Part shown: piece by piece, positions 26,863 through 34,202 of the stretch
Numbering within the stretch: position 1 is the stretch's first letter
How the letters are laid out: every line of letters begins with the position of its first letter
Virus record (IMG/VR): IMGVR_UViG_3300011335_000209
Span: 1 to 51,469 of that record
DNA from: a virus
Lineage: Duplodnaviria; Caudoviricetes
Reading direction: 5' to 3' (one strand)
DNA: 51,469 bases
Position numbers and translations under genes: made by a program
Notes under the pieces: generated by a model
Seen by the model: only the letters and a program-made list of their open reading frames with translations
The model's database searches: none
Told to the model about the DNA's origin: nothing

Positions 26863-27592
26863 GGATAACAATACCGGAAAAGACAAAGAATTCTACGAAC
26901 GTGGAAAGAAAATGTTTGACCAGATCGAGCCTCTCAAACCCGTTAAACCATACTTTACAGCAGTGCAAAGCATCAGAGACCAGTTCAAGGCTATGAAGCC
27001 AAACGAATCTGGAATGTTGGAGATTGTCAATGCGTCATTCATAGCCGATGAGCCATCCATTTTTGGTGAGGTGAATGACGAATGGAATGCCCGTGAGCTG
27101 CGTTGGTACATGAGTCAGTCGTTGAACACCAATGACATTGCTCCGCCTGTGCCTGCTGTCTGGCAACAAGTTGCAAGCAAGAAGGGTCGGATCAACTCAA
27201 ACTATGGATGGTGTGTCTTTAGCGCTGAGAACGGCTATCAATTCCATAAGGCAATTGACTCTCTTGTCTTAAACAAAGAGAGCCGGCAAGCCGTGATCAT
27301 TTACATCCGACCTTCAATGCATGAAGACTCAGTCATCGACGGCATGCGTGACTTCATGTGCACTTATAGTACTCAGCTGCTCATTCGTGCCGGTCAGTTG
27401 CACCACATTGTCAACATGCGTTCCAATGACGCTGTCTACGGCTTTAAGGGAGACTACTTTTGGCAAAATACAGTCCATGATTTTGCTTTGATCAGGTTGC
27501 AACAAACCTACCCTGACTTAGTCAAAGGCAGCATGTACTGGAATGCAGGATCTTTGCACATCTATCCACGACACATCGGGCTTGTCAAATGA
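26855..27592 (+). CDS. dCMP hydroxymethylase, T4 gp42-like (thymidylate synthase superfamily)
   Basis: ASFIADEP.IFG, RELRWY, WQQVAS..G.INSNYGW, RPSM, DFMCT (catalytic Cys), MRSND..YGFKGDY with Asp at the dCMP-specificity position, GSLHIY. Confidence 0.88.
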   Translation: MSKDNNTGKDKEFYERGKKMFDQIEPLKPVKPYFTAVQSIRDQFKAMKPNESGMLEIVNASFIADEPSIFGEVNDEWNARELRWYMSQSLNTNDIAPPVPAVWQQVASKKGRINSNYGWCVFSAENGYQFHKAIDSLVLNKESRQAVIIYIRPSMHEDSVIDGMRDFMCTYSTQLLIRAGQLHHIVNMRSNDAVYGFKGDYFWQNTVHDFALIRLQQTYPDLVKGSMYWNAGSLHIYPRHIGLVK

Positions 27593-28545
27593 TTTACAAC
27601 CCATTTCAAAACATACCTGTTCGTCCAAAAAGCCATGTGCGTGGCTGGGCCATGCATTGGGCAGAATGCCTTGGCGTGCCTGTTGCAGGGCCAACCGACC
27701 AGCTAACTTGCCCAATCCTATACATTGAGCATGGCGTCAATTTTGGTGGAGTGCTTAATCTTTTTGGAGGGGTCAGTGACGGCTTAGTTGACAAGCTTGA
27801 AGAGTTGGCAAACTACAAGGGCCAGTTGGTTAGCTTGGATTGGCCTATGCCAAACTATGCCCATCAATTGTCTAAACGCTTAGGTCAAGCCACATGCTCA
27901 ACTAGGCTAACATCTGCCCTTTTGGCCAATCTAGATGCACGTCTTCAAGCCTCAACAACACTGACCCAACAAGATCTTAAAAATGATGTAGTTGCAATCG
28001 GTGACAGCCACTCAACTGCCTTTGCAGATAGTGGATCTAGTGTAATCCGGACTAATGGACTAACTTTGCATGGGGCATTACAAAAAGGTTATTTTGTTGA
28101 GCAAATAGGCCGCTTGGTTCACAAACCAAGGCGCGTAACGTTAGTCTGTGGATCAATAGACATCCGACATCATATCGGTCGACAAAGCGCTCCTAAACAA
28201 GCCATCATTGACCTATGCAACAACTACTCAGATGTGGCCAACTTTTTAATTGATGAGTTTAATTTGCAAGTTGAAATTGCCGCCCCTGTACCAATCGAAT
28301 GGGAAAAGCGCAAGATCCCTCAAACCGGTTTTTATAAAGGAACCCCATTCGCAGGTACTGTAGATCAAAGGCGGTATTGGACTGACTTATTTATGGACAC
28401 TTTGAGCCAACAATGCTTGGTCAGTCCACCAAGCAGCTGGTACTCCGTAGACCCTGAAGAGTATGCAAACATTTTCATGGAGCTCAACTCATCGGTGCAC
28501 ATTGCACCTCCTTTTTACCGTCGTTTTGATTGGGGTCAACTATGA
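27589..28545 (+). CDS. Uncharacterised protein with SGNH-hydrolase-like C-terminal domain
   Basis: VAIGDSHS, GSID, SSVHI resemble SGNH blocks I, III and V; ATGA-coupled within the operon. Confidence 0.5.
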   Translation: MIYNPFQNIPVRPKSHVRGWAMHWAECLGVPVAGPTDQLTCPILYIEHGVNFGGVLNLFGGVSDGLVDKLEELANYKGQLVSLDWPMPNYAHQLSKRLGQATCSTRLTSALLANLDARLQASTTLTQQDLKNDVVAIGDSHSTAFADSGSSVIRTNGLTLHGALQKGYFVEQIGRLVHKPRRVTLVCGSIDIRHHIGRQSAPKQAIIDLCNNYSDVANFLIDEFNLQVEIAAPVPIEWEKRKIPQTGFYKGTPFAGTVDQRRYWTDLFMDTLSQQCLVSPPSSWYSVDPEEYANIFMELNSSVHIAPPFYRRFDWGQL

Positions 28546-29468
28546 GCATTTTTACATGCACAACAAGCAAGTCAAACATGGACATTCCAGTGGGATGGGG
28601 CATATACGATGCAAGGTCCCACTACATTGCAATGCGCAATGGCTTTAAGTCGAAGCTATCAGCCCCGGTAGTCCGAGCCCATGGTAAAAAGTGGGTGTTC
28701 AGGGGCGATGCCAGTGCAAGCAGCTTGAAAGGCTATGGTGCTGAGCAGTTGATAGCCGAGTGCAGAGAAGACATCTTGGTCTATTGTGCACCTAGAGTAG
28801 GTATGGCTATGGATGCAATTGCAACCCTTGCCAAACTCTATGATAAACATTGCGTGTTCTTTTGTCCCGCGTCAGGTGAACCGTCAATGCATCAAAAAGC
28901 GTTGTTGTCTTACGGGTCTGACTTGCGTTTTATCAAAATTGCAGCAATGCCAACCTTAAACAGTTATGCTAAAAAGTGGGCTGAAAAGCATGGGGCAAAG
29001 TACTTGCCTTTTGGACTAGGCAAAACTCCATTGGTGACAGCAGGCATCATCAATCTTGCAGGACTCATCACTGAACAATTAGGTAAAGATCCTAGCGAGA
29101 TCTGGATGTCAGTGTCTACTGGAACGGCTATTCGTGCATTGCAAATAGCTTGGCCTAAAGCAGCTTGCCGCGGCGTGATTGTAGCTCGTAATATGCACAA
29201 CGGTGAGATTGGAAATGCTACCCTATGGTCAGCATCTCAGCCATTTTTGAAAGATGTATCGCTAAACAAACGGCCACCATTCCCATCAACTGCAAACTAC
29301 GACGCCAAATGCTGGGAAGACTTTGAAAATTTTGGTATAGATGATTCAATCTTCGTAAACGTTGGCACTGATGACAAAGTAGTGGCTCAGTATAAACAAG
29401 TCAAATACACACCCTTAAAAAGCCAACGGGAATGGGGCGACATGTCTGACCTGGAGCGTGGACCATGA
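28542..29468 (+). CDS. PLP-dependent enzyme, fold type II (TrpB / cysteine synthase-like)
   Basis: VFRGD...SLKGYG (candidate PLP lysine), GAKYLPFGL, IWMSVSTGT phosphate loop, NYDAKCW, FVNVG. Confidence 0.7.
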   Translation: MSIFTCTTSKSNMDIPVGWGIYDARSHYIAMRNGFKSKLSAPVVRAHGKKWVFRGDASASSLKGYGAEQLIAECREDILVYCAPRVGMAMDAIATLAKLYDKHCVFFCPASGEPSMHQKALLSYGSDLRFIKIAAMPTLNSYAKKWAEKHGAKYLPFGLGKTPLVTAGIINLAGLITEQLGKDPSEIWMSVSTGTAIRALQIAWPKAACRGVIVARNMHNGEIGNATLWSASQPFLKDVSLNKRPPFPSTANYDAKCWEDFENFGIDDSIFVNVGTDDKVVAQYKQVKYTPLKSQREWGDMSDLERGP

Positions 29469-30583
29469 TGCTAAACCATAGCCCTGAACTATTGCACTCG
29501 TTAGAGTTGCATGAAATTGACAGGCATCCGTATCGTGACGCACTGAACAAGGAATGGGATCTTTGTGCAGACTACAACCTAGAGCCATCGATCTACTTTT
29601 TAGAAGCTGTTGCGTATCACCATAGAGCTAAATTGCTGCAAGACCGTAATATTGGCTTGTTGCCTGAGTCTACTAAAAGTGGCTGCCCTTTACAAGACAA
29701 CATTCACATCTATGACACAGTCAGTAGATGGGCTGCTGGCTTTTCAAACGTGCCGCAAGAAATGTTTTTAGGCAAAAACAATCCAAAACATAAATGGAAC
29801 ATCAAACACGGTTATGCGTGTGAAGGCTACGCTGACAAGTTCAAGGATGCAGAATGGTTTTACATTTTTCTTGTGCACAGAATTTGTGGGTCAGGTGCAA
29901 GCTTTGCCATGATCGGCGATGCTAAGCTGCCACCGCATGGCTGGTACAACTCTCCGGTCCCTTACCTTTGCAAGAACGCAGACGGTGAAGACTCAATTAG
30001 GCGTTTGATCAAAGATTTTGAAGGCCCGATGTTTAGTTCAATGGGTAACCAAATTCCGTCATTCAACAAGCCTGCGGTAGGCTACAGTCAAGGGGGCCGT
30101 GAATACCTAGTTGACATAGCCCCTAAGCTTGCACAGGACTTTTTTAATTGGTTAATTGACCAATCCGAACCGATAAAAATCCAATCTGCTGTTGACTGGT
30201 GCTTAGACTGGCAGACACTGCACGGATGGAGAAGGTTCAAGTTTGTTTTAACCGCTTGGGTTATGGACATAGCAGAGTACTTTCCAGGACTTGTTGATGA
30301 GAATTCAAACTGCTATCATGGCGCAAACGCAACCGCAGCCCTTGAGTTGGTCTTTAAGCCTATAGGCAAAATGGGCAAACAAAGCTTTTATGATACCGGC
30401 ACAAGAATGTTTTGCGACTTGTTCAACTCGAGACCAATGGACGTTGAAGATGCTGCCCCGGGTTGTGACTTGATCCGGTACTGTGAGCAATACATCCAGC
30501 CCCGAGGCTATGACAGCGTAGACCGCTCAAAAATATTTAACATAAATCACATCAAGCATAGAGAAGGTCGGCAACCATCATGA
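29465..30583 (+). CDS. Putative aGPT-Pplase-like (HhH-glycosylase-fold) DNA base-modification enzyme
   Basis: Motif order YDTVSR / FLVHR / F....VMDIAEY..L.DEN...HGANA..AL / MDVED..CDLIRY loosely recalls aGPT-Pplase clade 1; operon context supports it. Confidence 0.45.
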   Translation: MMLNHSPELLHSLELHEIDRHPYRDALNKEWDLCADYNLEPSIYFLEAVAYHHRAKLLQDRNIGLLPESTKSGCPLQDNIHIYDTVSRWAAGFSNVPQEMFLGKNNPKHKWNIKHGYACEGYADKFKDAEWFYIFLVHRICGSGASFAMIGDAKLPPHGWYNSPVPYLCKNADGEDSIRRLIKDFEGPMFSSMGNQIPSFNKPAVGYSQGGREYLVDIAPKLAQDFFNWLIDQSEPIKIQSAVDWCLDWQTLHGWRRFKFVLTAWVMDIAEYFPGLVDENSNCYHGANATAALELVFKPIGKMGKQSFYDTGTRMFCDLFNSRPMDVEDAAPGCDLIRYCEQYIQPRGYDSVDRSKIFNINHIKHREGRQPS

Positions 30584-31008
30584 CAAGACCAACGCTAGAC
30601 CAGACGTACATGCAGGTTGCTAGGGCATTTGCCAAAAGAGCAACGTGTTCCAGAAGGCAAGTTGGAGCTGTTATAACCGGCAATGGATATATTCTGTCTT
30701 CCGGCTACAATGGATCTTTCCCAGGGTCACAACATTGCATTGATGTGCCTTGTGCAGGAGCCGGACTGCCTAGCGGCACTGGACTTGACTCGTGTATGTC
30801 AGCCCACGCTGAACAGAACGCAATAGCTAGACTGCGTCAAGTCGATGAAGCAGACACCTTGTACTGCACAACTGCTCCATGTGTAAGCTGCACAAAACTT
30901 ACACTATGCACAAGCATAAAGCGCATCGTTGCCGATCAAGACTATCCATCCAGTGGCAAAGAATTGTGGGTTTTGGCAGGTCGTACGTGGAGTCAGTATG
31001 CGGAATAA
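30580..31008 (+). CDS. dCMP deaminase family protein
   Basis: RATCSRRQVGAV, GYNG, HAEQNA, PCVSC. Confidence 0.92.
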   Translation: MTRPTLDQTYMQVARAFAKRATCSRRQVGAVITGNGYILSSGYNGSFPGSQHCIDVPCAGAGLPSGTGLDSCMSAHAEQNAIARLRQVDEADTLYCTTAPCVSCTKLTLCTSIKRIVADQDYPSSGKELWVLAGRTWSQYAE

Positions 31009-32779
31009 AGCCGTGCTTGACATTGAGTGCTATGTCAACTACTTTTTCATTGCCATCAAGTCTGTTGCTAATGGCAAGATTGCAACTTTTGAACGCTCAG
31101 ATTGGGAAAACTTCGACGTTGAGCAACTTAAAAGCCTTTTGTCCAAGTACACAATCATCACGTTCAATGGCAACCGCTACGACTTGCTGTTGCTTAAAGG
31201 AGCCATTGCCGGCTTTGATTCACAAAAGCTGAAGGCTTTATCAGATGACATCATTGTCAATGATCTTAGAGTATGGGATGCAGAATTAAAGTACAACTTA
31301 CCCAAGTGCATATACATCGATCACATTGACTTAATTGAAGTAGCTCCAGGCAAAGCATCGCTTAAGATTTATGGTGGTCGCCTGCATAGTAAGCGCATGC
31401 AAGACTTGCCGATAGAACCAAATGCAACGATCAAGCAAAATGAAAGAGGCTTGCTGAGTAGCTACTGCATCAACGACTTAGACACAACGATTGACCTATA
31501 CGGTCGGCTCAGTGAACAGATTGAACTACGTGAACAGATGGGTAAAGAGTATGGCTTAGAGCTGCGTTCAAAGTCAGATGCACAAATAGCTGAGTCAGTC
31601 ATCAAAAAGCAGATTGAGGCAATCAAGGGAGATAAAGTTTATCGACCAAGTCTAGCTAAAGACTTTTCATTTAACTATGTCCCTCCGTTGTTCGTTGCAT
31701 TTAAACACCCGGAGTTAGACCGTGCTTTAGACATTTTTAAGACCAAGCCATTTACACTCGATGAAAAAGGGGATGTTGCTGAACCCTTAGAGGTTGGCAA
31801 ACTTAAGATTAAGGTTGGATCTAGCACCTATCAACTAGGCATTGGCGGGATTCATTCTTGCGAGAAAAAGGTCCACTACATAGCCGGCAACAACCACATC
31901 ATTGTTGACCGTGATGTGACTAGCTACTATCCTAGCCTCATCTTGAACCAGAAGCTTTATCCTGAACACATCGGGCCTGACTTTTTGACTGTCTACAAGT
32001 CCCTTGTGGAAAAAAGAATCAAGGCAAAAAGAGAAGGCAATAAGGTCATCAACGAGGCGTTAAAAGTTACGATCAATGGAAGCTTTGGCAAATTTGGATC
32101 ACGTTGGTCAGCTCTCTATGGGCCCAACCTACTTATTCAAACAACTGTGACCGGCCAACTCAGTTTGCTAATGCTTATTGAGGCTCTTGAAGAACAAAGC
32201 ATTAGTGTTGTGAGTGCTAATACTGATGGCATCATCATCTATTACCACAAGCGCAACCAAGCGGCCATGGAGACCATCGTTGCCAAGTGGGAAAGAACAA
32301 CTGGCTTTAGCACTGAAGAGACATCTTATTCTGCGGTCTACTCGCGTGACATCAACAACTACATTGCACTTAAGCGCAATGGCGGCTATAAAGTCAAAGG
32401 TGTTTATGCCGATGAAAACTTATCCAAGACCCCGACAACTCAGATCTGTACACAAGCCGTTGTGGACTACTTACAGCTTGACATTCCGATAGAGACCACA
32501 ATCCGTGAATGCATGGATATTTGTAAATTCATCTCAGTCAGAGCTGTTACTGGAGGGGCTGTCAAGAACAATGAATACCTAGGTAAAGCAGTTCGTTGGT
32601 ACTATGCCAAAGATGAGCAAGGGGCCATACATTACAAGAAGAATGGCAACAAGGTCCCTATAACCGATGGGGCCAAGCCACTCATGATTCTGCCGGATTC
32701 TTTGCCTGATGACATTGACCATGGCTGGTACATCAAAAAAGCTCATGCCATGCTTAATGACCTAGGGGTCACAAAATAA
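30998..32779 (+). CDS. DNA polymerase, family B-like, with 3'-5' exonuclease
   Basis: DIECY, FNGNRYD, YCINDL (Exo I-III); DVTSYYPS, KVTINGSFGK, NTDG. Confidence 0.9.
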   Translation: MRNKAVLDIECYVNYFFIAIKSVANGKIATFERSDWENFDVEQLKSLLSKYTIITFNGNRYDLLLLKGAIAGFDSQKLKALSDDIIVNDLRVWDAELKYNLPKCIYIDHIDLIEVAPGKASLKIYGGRLHSKRMQDLPIEPNATIKQNERGLLSSYCINDLDTTIDLYGRLSEQIELREQMGKEYGLELRSKSDAQIAESVIKKQIEAIKGDKVYRPSLAKDFSFNYVPPLFVAFKHPELDRALDIFKTKPFTLDEKGDVAEPLEVGKLKIKVGSSTYQLGIGGIHSCEKKVHYIAGNNHIIVDRDVTSYYPSLILNQKLYPEHIGPDFLTVYKSLVEKRIKAKREGNKVINEALKVTINGSFGKFGSRWSALYGPNLLIQTTVTGQLSLLMLIEALEEQSISVVSANTDGIIIYYHKRNQAAMETIVAKWERTTGFSTEETSYSAVYSRDINNYIALKRNGGYKVKGVYADENLSKTPTTQICTQAVVDYLQLDIPIETTIRECMDICKFISVRAVTGGAVKNNEYLGKAVRWYYAKDEQGAIHYKKNGNKVPITDGAKPLMILPDSLPDDIDHGWYIKKAHAMLNDLGVTK

Positions 32780-32841
32780 TTGTATGGCACTCAAAAAAGT
32801 GTTGTACAATGCATATACACCGCTCTTGGTGTCTCAATGTT
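32773..32841 (+). promoter_or_regulatory. Repeated promoter + stem-loop cassette, copy 4 (diverged)
   Basis: AAAAGTGTTGTACAATGCA retained; stem ACACC/GGTGT followed by CTCAATGTT. Confidence 0.75.
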
Positions 32842-32854
32842 ATAAGGAAAACCT

Positions 32855-33313
32855 ATGAATCAAATCTCGTCTGCACTAGCACAAGCGGGTGTAAAGCTTC
32901 CATCCCTCACGCGGCGCGTCTGGCAACTGTTGCACGACTCCAAGCTGCCGCGCTCCGCGGCTTGCATTGCAAGCATACTACATGAACCGCCCGGCAATGT
33001 CAGCTCAGCAATAAACTCGATGTACTCACGCGGGATGATCTCCCTTGCTAGGCACGAGCTGACACGCATAAAAGGACCACACGGTACTAGCACCAATCGC
33101 CTAGTTGCGCAGTGGGCCGCTGTTGGACAGGAGTACGAACTGCTGCAGATTTTACCCACCACAAAGGCTAAGACGCCCGCCCCGGTTGAAGTTCAACAAC
33201 AGCTCGAGCGGACTGCTGAACAGTTTGAGCTGGACATTGAAAAGATGCCACTTTCCAAAGCATTTGCCTTGTACAAACGCTTACAAAAATTCTTTGGAGC
33301 CAACAATGATTGA
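32855..33313 (+). CDS. Putative winged-helix DNA-binding protein
   Basis: AAGGA RBS; RVWQLL...AACIASIL...NVSSAINSMYSRGMI. Confidence 0.55.
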   Translation: MNQISSALAQAGVKLPSLTRRVWQLLHDSKLPRSAACIASILHEPPGNVSSAINSMYSRGMISLARHELTRIKGPHGTSTNRLVAQWAAVGQEYELLQILPTTKAKTPAPVEVQQQLERTAEQFELDIEKMPLSKAFALYKRLQKFFGANND

Positions 33314-33458
33314 CTACGATGATGACTATGCCAGTTATATGGCTGACGACGGTCCAGAAGTTTTAGAAGAAGGCATCTGTTCAGCTTGTTCCGGATCAGG
33401 AGAGGGCCAATATGATGGCTCCATTTGCCCGGTTTGTAAAGGAGAAGGAGAATGCTAA
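33306..33458 (+). CDS. Small DnaJ-type zinc-finger protein (50 aa)
   Basis: GGAG RBS; CSACSGSG...CPVCKGEG. Confidence 0.65.
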   Translation: MIDYDDDYASYMADDGPEVLEEGICSACSGSGEGQYDGSICPVCKGEGEC

Positions 33459-33664
33459 ACTGGCTTGCAGCGGCTTTAGTGGCCATAGTAATGTGCACCG
33501 CGTATCTATTAGACGGCCCCAGCGAACACGAGGCACGGATAGATACGGCAGAAGAGCTAATTCAAAAAATGTGCGGAGAGAATGCCGCCTGGAAGTTGTT
33601 GGAGGATGGGTCAGTTCAGTGCTACACTCACAGAGGATTTAAAACAAGGAAGGTGACGCTATGA
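33452..33664 (+). CDS. Small membrane-anchored hypothetical protein
   Basis: AAGGAG RBS; N-terminal hydrophobic helix. Confidence 0.6.
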   Translation: MLNWLAAALVAIVMCTAYLLDGPSEHEARIDTAEELIQKMCGENAAWKLLEDGSVQCYTHRGFKTRKVTL

Positions 33665-33783
33665 ATGACAACGATGAATATGAACTGATGATGTGGACAT
33701 ACTTGGTTGCCCACTTGATTGTGTTTTTGCTCGCCCTGGTTGGCATCGCAGGGCTGGCGGGTTATTTGTGGGGGATGATGTGA
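33661..33783 (+). CDS. Small membrane protein (40 aa)
   Basis: MNDNDEYELMMWTYLVAHLIVFLLALVGIAGLAGYLWGMM; ATGA overlap. Confidence 0.45.
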   Translation: MNDNDEYELMMWTYLVAHLIVFLLALVGIAGLAGYLWGMM

Positions 33784-34010
33784 CTGTCACTGTACTGTCC
33801 AAACGCATCCGGGACGCCCTAGCCCAAGCGCCTGATGGCATGACTGCTTTGGAACTTGCCCTTGCGCTGAACTTGACGCCAACAGGCGTCAGCCGTTCTT
33901 TGGCCTTGATGCCTGATGTCTACATCGACCGCTGGCATAAGACCACACGCAAGTACGCAGCGGTTCACTGCCTGGCGTTTGTGCCAGATGATTGCCCGTA
34001 CCCTAAATGA
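33780..34010 (+). CDS. Putative HTH DNA-binding protein
   Basis: IRDAL...DGMTALELALAL...VSRSL..MPDVYIDRW; start uncertain. Confidence 0.55.
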   Translation: MTVTVLSKRIRDALAQAPDGMTALELALALNLTPTGVSRSLALMPDVYIDRWHKTTRKYAAVHCLAFVPDDCPYPK

Positions 34011-34186
34011 CGCCTACTTTTAGCACTTGGGACAGAGCAACCCTAGACAAGTTTGCGTTTGAGGCTTACTTGCGGCTCCAGCAGCAGCAAGATCAGCTTG
34101 AGCAGCTGCGCGGCGACCTCAAGGATGCGATTGAGGCGTACCGAACGCTCATAAAAGAACCCCGCCGAAGCGGGGTTAAAGATTGA
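34007..34186 (+). CDS. Small coiled-coil hypothetical protein (59 aa)
   Basis: ATGA overlap; PTFSTW...LEQLRGDLKDAIEAYR. Confidence 0.5.
   Translation: MTPTFSTWDRATLDKFAFEAYLRLQQQQDQLEQLRGDLKDAIEAYRTLIKEPRRSGVKD
34152..34180 (-). terminator. Rho-independent terminator at the convergence point
   Basis: Minus strand AACCCCGC-TTCG-GCGGGGTT followed by CTTTT; between converging gene blocks. Confidence 0.8.
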
Positions 34187-34202
34187 CAACTGCATCAATA
34201 TT

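Noticed and set aside
26855-27592. Ordinary thymidylate synthase or dUMP hydroxymethylase
   Set aside because: Motifs follow T4 gp42 closely and the specificity position is Asp rather than Asn
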